A DNA stretch of 64,000 bases from the human T2T-CHM13v2.0 reference genome, Homo sapiens. Of this stretch, positions 30,494 to 48,476 are shown in pieces (position 1 is the stretch's first letter; every line of letters starts with the position of its first letter). The DNA lies in assembly GCF_009914755.1 (NCBI RefSeq), contig NC_060931.1; one strand, written 5' to 3'. A program made the position numbers and the translations under genes. The notes below the pieces were generated by a model. It did no database searches and was not told the DNA's origin. It saw only the letters and a program-made list of their open reading frames with translations.

Positions 30494-32326
30494 TTGCTGT
30501 TACCTGTTAGTATTTGTGTAGCATTTTTTTTTTAAGTTTTTGCCTCTAAAGCAGGTAACAATTTGAACAAAGAAGAAAACAAAAATTCAATGATTGGGAG
30601 GAAAATAAAAGGTTTGTATGATGACCTAATTAAGGTAATGTAAAGGATAAAAATCTTAATATTTGTTTTTACACATTTTTGGGCAAAAGTAACCCTGAGA
30701 TAGTAATGTGCAGAAAATACTATTAATTATATTCTTGAGACTCTTACTGACTTTGGCACTTAGAGAACCTCCAGCACAGGCCCAGGATTCCCTAGGCATT
30801 TCTTATGGAAATGAAGCAGAAGGCCATGTCCACAAAGAGAAATGAATGCTCATCTTCCAGAGACCAGTAGGTACAGGTTGCAGAAAGAGTAGGCCCTTCT
30901 TGAAGGTCCAGGAAGGGGCTGTGGGCACCATCCTAGAAAAGGGGTCTGGGGCTCCATGGAGTCCTCCTGCCTGCAGGAGCCTCAGAGGGCCCTGGGTGAG
31001 GCCAGCCAAGGTGCTCTGTCCTGTCCCTGGCCCTTGAGTCCTGCCTCACCTGCTAGCTTTTTCCACCAAGAAATCAGGATGGCAACCGCCAATGCAGCCC
31101 CACTAGAGGAAGGAGATCAAGAGTGTCAAGGCCCACACCCATCTTGGCACATTAAGTGACCCATTGATTAACTAGTCAATAAGTTAGAGCGGAATGTGCT
31201 ACTGCAATCCCCTGAGATCACATTCTAGGAGAAAACCTGGGTGGCACCTGCCTGAGGCTGTACACTGAAGGAAAGATGGTCAGGCCACCTGGGCTTGGAA
31301 AGAGCATGCAATAAGGGTAGCATACAGCATACATGGTGAGCTGTCAGGTGGGCACAGCAGGGTAGACAGGAGGAGTCCCTGAGGGGGAGAACCCTCTCAG
31401 GGCCCTGAACTCAGCCCAGAGATCCCCCAGCTTTTTGAAGCACAGGCTGTACCTGGAGCTGCAGAGTGAGCACTGTGCAGTGGCCTGGTAAAAGGGATGA
31501 GCAGCCAGTCACTGAGAGGCTTTCATTGCCCATTTTTTCTGATGAGCAATGTGAGCCCCCAAAGCCACAAGCCAGGAGGGGCAAAACACTGAGCTAAGGC
31601 ATCACCTTTTTTCTTCACTTTCTCCCATGAGCCTCAGATCTCCCTGGGCTTGCCTTTAGAGAAGAAGATCTCGCTTGTGAGTGTAGGCATAGAAGCAACC
31701 AGTCGTGTGGTAAGCCTACCCAAAGTGTTCAGCACCCAGGCCAGAGCCGAAGTGGGCCTGTTAATCCCACTGCACAAGGCCCAAATCAGAGAACTGGCTT
31801 GACTGTTCAGCTGCACCCAGGCAGTGTGTGTACTGTCCCAAGCAGGTCCCATTCTCTTCCTGACTCCAATTATTTCACCTGCAACTTGTCATTTGTACCA
31901 GCTCTTTCTCTGCCCCCCACATCCTATGGTTTTTGAAATTCCTCTGAAGACTGTATGAACCAAGCTTTAAGGGTCACAGTGCTCTAGCCTACTCAGGCTG
32001 TGCCAGGAAGAGAGATCTCTCAACCTACCTTGACACTTAAGAGTCATGTATAAATAGTACCAACCCTAGCAGGAGGGCTGTCGCAGACTCTACTCTGGTC
32101 TCCATACCAAAAGATACATTAGAATGACGAGGAAAATAAGACACAGACCTGGCAGTTCTGCCTTTTAAAGAGCAGCCTCAGCCTGGTCACCTTGAACCAC
32201 AATTCCAGGGTCTGGCTCAGCATGTCCCACCTTGGAAAATGGTGGAACTGGGGCCCCAGAATGTTATGGTCCAGTGAAAGTCTAGAGAAGAGGCACGTCA
32301 GCAGCCTGTACACACCCAGTCACACC

Positions 32327-32961
32327 TGTAACAGGAACAGGCCCTACCAACTGTGAAGCCATCTCATTAACTTAGACAACTGTACCAGCAATGTGCACAC
32401 ACATCAGGCCTTTTAGTAAACTGTCAACCCCATGATTGAAGAAAAAGCAAAAACTTTTTGAATCTAGAGTCTCAGGAAGAAGAACCTCTAGTGCCTGAAC
32501 CAGCCTGTAATGATGGATGCAACTGACAGTATTAACTTGACTTGGGCATACCTGGAGACTGACCATGTATAAAAAAATGCTTCTGAATGTTCAGTTTTAA
32601 GCTAAAAAGTCTAGTAGGGGCCAATCTGGTGATTATTTTTTATTTATGAGGAACATCTTAGCCCTGGTCTGTCCCATCCTGTGGCGTGGAACACAGGCCA
32701 CACAGGGGATTGAGGCCATTCCTTTTTTGTTAAATGAAGTCTGACAGGTGAAAGGTTGTTCAGAAAAAAAGTGCTAAATAAAAATGCTATACAAACTGCA
32801 TAATTTTTGCAAGTGGGCATTGTTATCCTGCTAATCCCACTGACACTGGACCTTCTCCTCTCTATGTAAGTCCCCAGTAAAACCTCATCTCATTCACTGG
32901 CTCTGAGTCTCTTTGACACCTTGAACCTGGTGCCATTTCCATGGGAGTCGAATTTGACACA
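32327..32961 (+). mobile_element. Old ERV solo LTR (MER21/MER77-like)
   Basis: Starts TGTAAC. 3' part tatgtaagtccccagtaaaacc...ctggctctgagtctctt...gaacctggtgccat resembles that LTR group and ends near ...gacaca. Family recalled from memory. Confidence 0.6.
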
Positions 32962-33851
32962 GCTTACCCCATAGTGAGGAAGAGTTTCAGACTCTGCTCA
33001 GTGTGCTTCAAAGCTCACCAAGGCATCAGCTATGGAAGGATGCAGTTGTTCTCTTACCACTCTCATCCAGGCCTCTTTTCCTTAGATGCACAATCAGTGG
33101 AATACCGAGAAAGATGAGTAAGAAACACATCATGGTCAGAAGCATGATTAATGCCAGAATAAGCAGTGACCACTTGGAAAGCAAAAGGGAGCATTTTTCT
33201 TTCTCCTGTGGGTAGTCCCTGACTTCTGTCATTACTTTCTGGATTCAGGAATGATTTTTAAGTTCATCCTGCCTCTGGAGGAACCGTAGGCCCTGAGTGG
33301 TAAACACCTTCACTTAATCCTGCAACAAAGCTTTCTCTTGACAATTATGACCTCTGTGATCATGAGCTTCTAAGCAATCTGGACAATACACAACCTGAAA
33401 ACCTATGGAAGGGAGATGAGTAGGTCTGAGGGAAACAATTTCCCACTTTTTCCCTTGGCAAGTTGAAAAAATTATGATGGCAGACAAATGTGCAGAAGAG
33501 GACAGCATACTATAATTCCTCATCATGTGAGTTTGCAACTAAGAGTTTTTAATCCTAGCTGTGAGAGCTCCGAATGAAAACCAGAAGTTACGTCACTGCA
33601 TCTATCAGTGATTAGATTGCACAACATTTTGTCTGTCATACTGAGGAGTCTTCACTGAGGATTTTCCCATTGAACATATAAAGACAGGAAAGGGTAAAAT
33701 AGCAACCCTATGAAATCATTAAATACAATGTAGAAATGTTCATCTTCTCACATGATTAGCATTTTTGCACATATTTGCATGTGTATCTACCCATAAAGCT
33801 GACATTTTCATAATTCAGTTATATGTCAAGTTAAAATTTTTTTTTTTTCTC

Positions 33852-34164
33852 AACTGGGCACAGTGGCTCACATGTGTAATCCCAGCACTTTTGGAGGCTG
33901 AGGCGGGTGGATCACCTGAGGTCAGGAGTTCGAAACCAGCCTGGCCAACATGGTGAAACCCTGTCTCGACTAAAAATACAAAAAAAAAAAAAAGTTAGCT
34001 GGGTGTGGTGGCACACACCTGTAATACCAGCTGCTTGGGAGGCTGAGGCAGGAAAATCACTCGAACCTGGGAGGTGCAGGTTGCAGGTTGCAGTGAGCTG
34101 AAATCACGTCACTGCACTCCCCCCTGGGTGACAGAGCAAGACTCCATCTCAAAAAACAAAAAAA
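33852..34164 (+). mobile_element. AluSx-like
   Basis: ggatcacctgaggtcaggagttcgaaaccagcctggccaacatggtgaaacc and an A tail. Confidence 0.92.
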
Positions 34165-34544
34165 TTCTTTTATAACAAAGACACACATATTGTCCAGACA
34201 TGCCCTGGTGCAGTGGAGTGGGTGTGGCCCTCTCCTGGGAAAGAAGTCAGTGCCCTGGATTATGTGTGGGGGATCCATTGGGACACAAAGAGGCAGTCAG
34301 GGTCTTGGCCTGGCAACACTAAGACTTCCAGGGGGCTTCAGAAAGCAGCAGAAATGGCCCATGACACTGAGTGCCAGATGGGCCTGTAACAATGAAAGAT
34401 CTGCCAAGGGATCTTAGCAATCTTCCTAGGAGGCCCTGACTATACCCTGGGTTGGAGACTCCTGGGGTAGAGTGGCTGCCAGAGAGCCTCAGCAAATGAG
34501 TCTTGACCACTATGGCTAGGCCAATGTAAAATAGCTCATCCCTT

Positions 34545-34995
34545 CTGTTTTACAAAGCAAAATACAGAAAAATAAAGTGAAACAAATGAAATCAAGAGAA
34601 AGAAAATAAAATTTAAAAATAAATTTAAAGTAATTGAAAAACAGGACAAACTGAAATAAAGAAAAACAAACGTAATTAAGATCAGTGAAAATAAAATGAA
34701 GATGAAGATACTAATTACAATAAAAACAGAAGTAAACAAATGCAATAGTTTGCAATAAAATAAAATTTTAAGAAATGAGAAATGGAAAAAGAAACATGGA
34801 GAAAAATAATAGGGGATATGAATGGAAATAAACAAGAAATTAAAACATGACAAAAATTCTAGAAAATTTGAAATTAAGAGAATGTAATGAGAAAAAAGAA
34901 AAAGAAATAAAATTAATAGAAAGAAAGTAAAAAAAGAAAATAAAGATAAAGGCAAATGCAGAGAGAAATAAAAGGTTAAAAAGAAAAATAAGACC
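34545..34995. repeat. A-rich low-complexity tract
   Basis: ~450 bp dominated by A runs. It produces the spurious F/L/I-rich minus ORF 34536-35021. Confidence 0.85.
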
Positions 34996-35369
34996 TGGGA
35001 ATAATCTACAAAACATTTCACTTGACAATAGCATAATACGTAATATTTCTAATTGCATATGGCACATATTCTAAGATAGGCAAACTTCTAAGCTGGAATG
35101 CAAGTTTTAGTGTAAACAAATGGTAATCATAAAAATATTATTTCTGACTACAATGAAATATAACTGGAAGTTAAAAGCCAAAAGAAAACTAGCATACCTG
35201 CATATATATGAAAACTCGACAAATTCTTTAGCATACTATTTTTCAAGAGTTAGAACATGCAAGTTTCTTTAGATGTTAATGGTATTCGAAATGATCTACA
35301 AATCAATGAGATCTCTTTCAAAAAAACCAATGGTACTTTTTGCAGAAGTACTAAAATATTCTAAAATGT

Positions 35370-35645
35370 TTGAGTCAATATTTAGCTGTGTCACCCAGGC
35401 TGCAGTGCAGTGTCATAATCATGGCTCAGTGTAGCCTTGACCTCTCAAGCTCAATTGATTTTCTCACCTCAGCCTTACAAGTAACTGGGACTGCAGGTGT
35501 ATGCCACCAGGCTCAGCAAGTTTTTGTATTTTTTGTAGAGACAGAGTTTCACCATATTGCCCAAGCTGCTCTCAAACTCCTGGGCTCAAGCAATCCACCT
35601 GCCTTGGCTTCCCAAAGTTCTGAGATCACAGGACTAAGCCACCAA
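35370..35645 (-). mobile_element. AluJ-like, within + strand L1 ORF2 remnants
   Basis: atcatggctcagtgtagccttgacctc and ctcctgggctcaagcaatccacctgccttggcttcccaaag. Confidence 0.85.
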
Positions 35646-35885
35646 AATATTGCCCTATAATTTCTATAAACACTCAAAAAAAACCACAAGTAGCCAAACA
35701 ACCTGGAAATAAATGATAAACTCAGAGGCATAATTCTTTTTTTGTTTAAAAATATATTGCAAATTTACAGTAATCAAAATACTGTGGTGTTGGCATAAAG
35801 ACAGAAAAATGTTGAAACATAGAAGCCAGAAAGAGACCCACATGCGTATACTAAGCTTATCTTAAATGAGGGTTCCAAATCTTCA

Positions 35886-38800
35886 TGTTGCAGAACTTTC
35901 CTTCAGCAAAATTGGGTTCTTGTCACATGACTAGGAAAGATTAGGCTCAGAGACACTCTGAAGGGTGAGGAGTAGAGTTGATTGGGTTAAAAACCAGAAA
36001 AAAAAAAAAGTGAGTCGGAGTCCTGTTTAAAGGCCCCCACCTCCTAGATTGGTGAACACCAGACCATCACACACAAACTGAAGAGGCCAGGCTCCTCCTC
36101 CCTGCACAAGGGGTAAACTTTCCATGGCTCCACTCCCTTCCCCCCAGTGTGCAGGTGGACATTATTCAGTTAGAAAATTATTCATAATCAGTTAGAAAAA
36201 GGCAGGCTTCATCTGGGACCAGCAGTCTGATTTTTTAGTCTTCAGGCTGTTTTAGGCTTGAAGATGGGGTTTCACCCAGGACCCTTGGCTGTTTAACTCT
36301 GTTATTTCCCCCTCTAAAGAAGCACATCTAACTGCTGTTAGAATCAAAATAAAGATAAGGACAAAAAACCATTTTTAACTGCTTCCTGATGACAGGGGAC
36401 ACTGTTTTGGAAAAATGGCAGTCAGATCTCCCTAAGAGGCCTATCTAAGCGTTCCCTGTGAAAGGGGCCATTGTCCAAGGCTCTGGTTGTGTGACTCTTT
36501 GAAGTTTGGTAGCCTGAAGGTGGGAAGAATCAAACTGGGTTATTTAAAAACATGTATTAAAACGAAACAAGGGGAAGGTGGCAAGGAAAGCTAAGAAATC
36601 CCAAGGTCTTTTACCAGTTTGCATAGGGAAAGGGAGACCAAAAGCCCAACGGGGGAAAGAAAGAAAGAAAAAAAAAACACCTTTTACCCTTTTGCCAGCA
36701 TGTCAGGCTTCTGGGTTCTTTTGTCTTGAGTCCAATCCTAAGCCACCCAGTCTAAGGTTTGGAAAATTAATTCTTCCAAGCTTGGAGGATGCATCTGAGG
36801 GGACCGTCCCATAGTATGAAGACATGATTACCTATCTGTAAAGAGAAGACAGAGGGGATAAAAGGAAAAAAGCATGTTTTCAAAGGAGTCCCAAGGGTTC
36901 AGGATGCATTCGAAAAGGATATAGACTGAAGATGAATGAATGGTTACTCATCTAGAAAGAGAGGAGCAGGTGTCCCTGGTTCCTTTTTCATCCTAGCAAA
37001 TACCCAGGTATGTTGACAGAAGAAAGAATGTTCTCTTTTCCCCTTCCATCCTTGTATCCCCAAGTCCCAGTGATTGTGACAGGGTGCCACCCATTGGTGT
37101 CCAAGCAGCTTCCACCCTGGTTAACAGGGAGGCCTAGGGGGGTGGAAATATTTGCTCTTATCCTATTTCCCCTTCTGTCAGTGGTTCTGGAGTTCACTAG
37201 ACCTCACTTATTCCACAGATCCTAGCATGATATTTATCTATGAAATGGGAGGCTTGGTTTAATCGGCTGGAATTAGTCATGCTCACCTGCACTGTGCCTT
37301 TTAACCTCCATTATCTGCCTGTAGATTTCTCAGATCCAGTATTCTTTCCTAAGGCTTCAACTTGAAGCTTGGAATTGAGGTTGGGACAAAAATATGTCTC
37401 AGGGGATTGCATAGACTCCTTACCATGAGCTGAATGCTAAGATGAAGCTGTGGAATTAAGTCCTCTTTCCACAAGGGAGAGAAAAGAATGTCTTTTGACA
37501 CACCCAGATAACTAGTGGCTATAGTTATGCTTGCTGAGATTGCGATGGGCACCCTATTTATTCCCATTCCTCTGCAGGATTTGCAGAATAATTGCCCAGA
37601 AGTAGAATATTAATCCAGATTTTTACATTACCCATCCCTTTTTGTTTCTTCTGAGCTGCAGTTGAAGATCGCCAGGTGGTTCACCGGAATAAGCAGGATT
37701 GGTCTAAAATGTAGGCAAAAACTCAAAACTAATGAGTTTAGAATTTAATGACAATTGTATAATAAGTTTTGAAACATAATCTTTATCCAGTCCTCTTTTC
37801 TGTTAAAAACGAATCATGACAGGACTGAGTTATTTGTGAAATAAACATTAGTCTTATACTTGGCCTGATTATTTGCATAAAGTGCAGCAAGAATAATTAT
37901 TTTTACATAGGTCTTTTACACTGGCTTCGATGGAACTCTGTTCCACAAGAAATTTTACATAGGACTTTCTGAAGTCAAGCCCAGCCATGGGTTCGTACTA
38001 TCAAATACTTATGAGTTGGGTGATCCTCTCCTCTTGTGGTCCCAAGATAAACTTGGGGCTCCTGGGCCTATCAGAAAGTGTCATTCTTTACTTACCATAG
38101 ATCAGGAACGGAACCCTGCACAAGGACTGTGTAGATGAGTTATGAGGCCAGTTTTTCCAAGGGGCTTTTATTGGCTCTGCAAGTTGAGCTTGACTCCATA
38201 AAGGGAAGCATACCCAATGCAAACAGCCATATTGCCATAGGTTAAGAATACTCACACTATTTTTCAAATTCTGGAGAAGCCAGGCAGAGAGAGACAAACA
38301 TGCTCCAAATTTTGTTCACAGGAGTACACCTTAGTCAAATATTAAAGGCTGTAAATAGCTCAACATAAGTTTCTTTGATGCTGGTAAACAATACAAGGAT
38401 CAATAATGTTACAAGCAAAAGTCGGAACGATTACTTCAGTTTTCTGTTAGTCCAGTCCATTCAGTTAACTCTTGTTGTGTTTGATATTCATGAACATTTT
38501 AGCTCTTCATGAGTCCTGTATGTTTTTCCTATATGCCAATGTCACAAGCTCCAAAGTTATCAGAAGCATGCATTTGAGAGCACCTGTCAAAGTTCTATAG
38601 CTGATTAAAAACGATTTTTTTTGAAAAAAATCAAAACAAGACAACAGTTGTCTGTGTATAACAAAATGTCCAGGGTAGTTACAGTCGGAAACATGATTGA
38701 CAAAAAATTTTGGTTATTTCTGTGGTTTACAAGATAGCATATACTTCAGACATTAGAATTTTAGAAATCCCATACAATTTTGGAACACGTATTAGTATTA

Positions 38801-41620
38801 TTCACCACAGTATCATCTAAAGAATATTGAACACCATTTTGGCGATTGTATGTAACTAAACCTGTCATATAATCCTGTTTACCTCTCTTGTGGATACTCC
38901 AGGAGCCCTCTTTAGCACCAAAAAGCCAGGAATTAGGAAAGACAATTTTGTAACTAGAGTTTGATTTTGAGAAGGATGTTACATGTTAGGGGTTTAAAAC
39001 ACTTGATGTTATGAAATAAAATTTCAGATTACTATAAATTACTTATTTAACCAAAATGATGACTTAGAAATGTAAAAAGCAAAAACTTTTAATTTTAAAT
39101 TCTTTACAAATGTTGCTAAAGAGCAGATTAGTGCCTTAAGTGTACCTTGTTGTGCTTTTATGTCAATGCTCAATTTATAAAAAACCCATATAATACCTTT
39201 TTGAATTTAATTAATATTCACACAGAATTTTTTTGGCAAGATTTATTTTTACAATCCTTCTACAACTTGTTTGAACTTTTAGCTTTATCTTGTGTAATTC
39301 AAAACAATTGTTTGACTCTAGGCAATAATTTATATTTCCATGCCTTCTTACAATCTTTTATTTAAAACACATTTGACTGTTCTTACACACCTTGTATGTA
39401 AATCTACTTCCAGTGGTTTCAATTACATGTTACAATGGTAACTTCTAGCAATTTCTACTTTAATGTAAAACCAGGTAAATTGTTTTCATTATGTGCTAGG
39501 TGCAGCCAAGGGTTTGGCTGCTTTCAGCATAATTAAGGGTGTGGTTAATTCCATTTGTCTTCCGGTCTTACAATTGTGAAGCAAAGTTGAACTGTTCCAA
39601 AAAACCAAAAAAGCAGTTTATAACCTTAAAACATATAGCAAACTTAGTATCTGACCTGCATAATTTAGTTCACCTACTCATATATTGATGACATTTGTGT
39701 TTTGTCAATAATCTTTAAGGCTGTTTTCATTTCTCAAAGAGTAACAGTCATGTGAACTAAAAGGTACACAGCTTTTTTCTTCCCTTCAAAAAATCTTTGA
39801 TCCAAGTGCTTATCATTCTTTAAGTAAATTTATTAGAGCTCTTTTTTATAGACATCACACACACAACACATACATAACTACACAGACAGGCAGAAGAAAA
39901 CCCAGTAGCCATAAGGTTTTTTTATTTGCCAATTTCCTTATTGAATTACTGGCCTCTCATGCATGCATTACAGTGGCAAGACAAAATAAAAAATTCAATT
40001 GGCTGAGAAAAAAACCTTTCCCCAGCAAAACAAGATCCCAGAAGAGAAAAACATAAAGGTTTTTTAAATATACCTATAATTTGGATATCCACTTTTAATT
40101 AAGTTGAGCACTCTTTAAGAAAATCCTTTTAAATTCCTTATTACCTGACTCTAGCAGTGCCAAGTAGCCAGTATTTCTGGCTTTCAAACTTTATCAAAGG
40201 TAACTTACCAGGTGCTCAGTGGAAAAACAAAAAATTAAGGCAGTTTGTGAAGGGGAAGAGAATCTGCAAATGGCAAAATTTACATGCTGATAGGAAACCA
40301 GAAGGGACTTATTCCCTAAGCCAGGATTAAACCTGGGCTACCATTGTAAAATGGCAGAGACCAAAACAGAACATTGCCACGTGGTTACAGGTCATGCTCC
40401 TGAAAACATAAAACAAGATAGAGGCCTACAGCAAAATTTCCTGACAACCATAGAGAATGACATACAAAGCACACCAGATTGGCCACAGCTCAAGACCAAC
40501 TTCACAAATACCCTTTCACTATTAAAACTCTATAAAAAATATAAGCAGTGACCATTGAGGTCCTAGACCAGCAAAACAGTTTCTAAGAAGAAGAAGAAGA
40601 AAGAAGAGGAAGAAGAAGAAGGAGGAGGAGGAGGAGGAGAAGAAGAGGAGGAGGAGGAGAAGAAGAAGAGGAGAAGGAGAAGGAGAAGAAGAAGAAGAAG
40701 AGGAAGAAGAAGAAGAAGAAAGAAGGAAGAAGAAGAAGAAAAGAAGAAGAAGAAAGAAGAAGAAGAAAGCCTGTTGCTTAAAAGTACACTGCTGACAGGG
40801 TGAATAAAAGGGGGGGAAAGGCTTAAGTGTAGGGCAGGGAAGAACATTTTCATTCTTATGCAAATGATTCCTTCAACAGAGGGAAAAACTTAATTGTTAT
40901 TGGATGAGGCTGGATCGCTTGGCCGGTGAAGGGGAAGACACCGTGAATGCCTGGCATTTTCCAGCCCAGAGGAGATGGGGGTGAGGAGCCGCCATTCACC
41001 TGTCCATCCCGCATATGCCTGGGGCTGTTGGGGTGGTGCACAGTTTCCTCTACCCTCGGAGAAGTCCAAGGATAAAAAGGCTTACAAGCAAAGTAGAAAA
41101 AGATATTTTGGTTTACATCTTACCCTTCCTCAAGCCCCACATCTAGACACCGAAATGTAGAACTTTTTCCGTAGTTCGTCTAAAACTAGGATCTTATCAC
41201 ATGAACAGGAACGAATAGGCTAACAGACATACTGAAGGGTGAGGAGTAAAGTTTATTGGGCAAAAAGGAAAAAGAAAAAAAACTGTCAGCAAAGTGAGAG
41301 GGACTCCTGTTAACGGGCCCCCACCTCACATATTGATGAACACCAGGTCACCACATAGCAACTGAAGAGTCCAGTCTCCTCCTCTGCCAAAAGGTGTGAA
41401 TTTCTATGGCTCCAACTTCTTTTCCCAGTGCACAGGTGGGCATTATTCAGAGAGAAACAGTCAGGAAAGGGCGGGCTTCATCTGAAACCAGCAGTCCAGT
41501 TTTTCAGCCTTCAGGCTGTTTTTTAGGCTTGAAGGCGGAGTTTCGCCCAGGACCTTTGACTGTCTCCTGTCTCTGACTCAAAATAGGAAAAGGTCCCTTG
41601 GCTATCTACTGTCTCTATCA
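35886..41620 (-). mobile_element. Decayed ERV1 provirus (MER61/MER4-group-like), LTR-internal-LTR, inserted into an L1 ORF2 remnant
   Basis: Two homologous ~420-bp direct repeats at 35886-36305 and 41156-41620, both containing ctgaagggtgaggagta, ccccacctc and ttcaggctgttttaggcttgaag. A PBS-like tttcggtgtctagatgtgggg follows the 41156 LTR on the minus strand, and a PPT-like agagggggaa precedes the other LTR. No intact gag/pol/env ORF. Confidence 0.8.
40585..40769. repeat. Pure-purine (GAA)n/(GGA)n compound microsatellite, 185 bp
   Basis: No pyrimidine on the + strand across the tract. Confidence 0.97.
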
Positions 41621-41739
41621 CTCAAAATGAGAAAGGAACAGTCTTTTTAACAAATGGGTTGGAGAATACTGAATATCCAAATGACAAAAAATAAAGGTGA
41701 ACCTTACCACAAGCATGAACTTAGAATGAAGTAGGACTT

Positions 41740-42065
41740 ATTTTTTATAGCTGTAGTAAGTGATTTTTTTCTTGAATTTTTTTTCAGATGGCTTATTCTT
41801 GTCACGTAAAAATGTTCCTACTAATTTTTGTATGTTAATTTGGTATTCTGCCACTTTACTGAATTTCTTTATTAATTCTAACGATTTTTAGTGTAGTATT
41901 TAACTTTTGCTATATAGACAATTATGTGATCTGCAAACAGAGGCAATTTGACTTTCACCTTTTTTATTTGGATGTCTTTTATTTATTTCTCTTGCATAAA
42001 TGATCTGACTGGGACTTCCAGTACTCTGTTGAATAAAAGTGGTAAAAGTAGACATCATTGTCTTG
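41740..42065 (-). mobile_element. L1 ORF2 reverse-transcriptase fragment
   Basis: Antisense of the LSPLLFN..LEVL...KEIK.IQ..K..VKL.LFAD region (gatctgcaaacagaggcaatttgac, gggacttccagtactctgttgaataa). Confidence 0.8.
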
Positions 42066-42492
42066 TGGTTTGGTGATGCATGATTTAGCACACCTGTGAG
42101 GCTGGGACTCCCCTACTGGAACACAATCTTCAGGTGGGATTGGGCATCTTATACATGGATCTTGCCCATTGTTGAGATTGTGAGTCCTCTGCTTTGACCA
42201 AAATCACAGGAGGTGTTGACTCACACACACAGAGCCAGGACTTGAGTGGGACTGTGAAACTTATTTCTGAATATTTCGAAGTGTGTAATTAGACCATAAA
42301 AGCCCAGCTCCTGAATAACGACTCTTCTTTTCAGGTCATGACCACAGATGAAACTGTGACATATGTGGACCATACACCTAAGCAAAGGTGCCTGGGCCTG
42401 CCTACCAAGGGCAATTTTATGAATCACTGGGACCAGCACCCAAGTGATGAGAATTCTTTACCTGATCCCTGCCTATAAAAAGCATTGTGGCT

Positions 42493-42790
42493 GGCCGGGC
42501 GCAGTGGCTTATGCCTGTAATCCAAGCACTTTGGGAGGCAAGGCGGGTGGATCACCTGAGGTCAGGAGTTCAGGACCATCCTGGCCAACATGGTGAAACC
42601 CCGTCTCTACTAAAAACACAAAAAATTAGCCAGGCATGGTGGTGGGCACCTGTAATCCCAGCTACTCCAGAGGTGATGCAGGAGAATCATTTGAACCCAG
42701 GAGGCGGAGGTTTGCAGTGAGCCGAGATTGCACCATTGCACTCCAGCCTGGCAACAAGAGTGAAACTCCATCTCGGGGAAAAAAAAAAAA
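42493..42790 (+). mobile_element. AluS (Sq/Sx-like) inserted in satellite
   Basis: Perfect TSD AAAAGCATTGTGGCT at 42478-42492 and 42791-42805. Confidence 0.95.
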
Positions 42791-43328
42791 AAAAGCATTG
42801 TGGCTTATATCTAGGTCCATCATGTAAGTGAAGTGACTCCCTTCTACTGCCTTGGCCCTGCACTTATGATGCATTGTGACACATAACTGGGTACTGCACC
42901 CAGGTGATATGACTCTGCGCTTTGGGTTGTGCCAACAGGAAGCTTTGTTAAGCACCAAGGTGATTTTTCTCCTCTCTTGCCTTGCCCTGACCACAGAGGA
43001 GATTGTGACATATTGCTAAACCCAGTGCCAAGGTGAGGTCACTTTCATATCTTGGTTTTGCACATAGCGGCCATTGTGACACAGATCTAGGCCAATTGCC
43101 TAGGTGAAGTCAGTGTCCTCACCTTACTAACACCTGCCCACAGGGGGAATTTTGATATATCACTAAAACCAGCATCCAGATGATGTGACTCTTCTTCCAG
43201 GGTCCTGCTCACAGAAAGATTGTGACATCTCACTGGACCAGCACCCGCACAGATGATGTGACCTTCCTGCTTGTTCTCTGTTCACAGGTGATATTGTGCC
43301 ATATACCTGAGGCCAGATAAGAGAACTA

Positions 43329-47780
<4,452 letters not shown>

Positions 47781-48476
47781 TGTGACATACGGGGACCAAG
47801 CACCTAAGCAATGTATAACACCTTCTTTGGCAGTGCGACAAAGGGCACTTTTACATATCACTGGGACCAGCACCCAGCTGATGTGAAATCTTGGCCTGAA
47901 CTCTGCCTACAGAGCATTGCGGCTTTTATCTAGATTCATCATGTAAGTGATGTGACTTCCTTCTATTGCCTTGGCCCTGCACTTATGGTGCATTGTGACA
48001 CATAACTGGGTACTGCACCCAGGTGATGTGAGTCTTTTTTGGTGGGGGGGGGGCGGTTCTGTCAATAGGAAGCTTTGTAACATATCACTAGGCTCAGCAC
48101 CTAGGTGAAGTTTCTTCTCTCTTGCCTTGGCCCTGACCACCAGAGAGATTGTGACATATTGCTGAACCCAGCACCAAGGTGAGGTCACTCTCCTGCCTTT
48201 GTTCTGCAGGTAAGGGCCATTGTGACATATATCCAGGCCAATTGCCAAGGTGAAGTTTGACTCCTCTCCTGCCTAAGCCCTGCCCACAGGGGGGGATTTA
48301 GATATATCAGTGAAACCAGCATACAGGTGATGTGACTCTTCTTCCAGAGTCCTGCCTACAAGGAGGAATGTGGCATTTCACTGGAACAGCACCCACTCAG
48401 CTGATGTGACTTTCCTTTCTTCTCTCTGCCTACAGGTAATATTGTGCCATATACCAGAGACCAGATCAAAGGCCTA

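Noticed and set aside
34536-35067. 161-aa and 75-aa hydrophobic minus ORFs
   Set aside because: Artefact of reading an A-rich low-complexity tract on the T-rich strand.
40522-40863. Poly-S/F/L ORFs
   Set aside because: Translations of the (TTC/TCC)n microsatellite.
36300-41150. Possible retroviral gag/pol/env coding capacity in the provirus
   Set aside because: No long ORF or recognisable RT, integrase or env motif. The internal region is AT-rich and non-coding.
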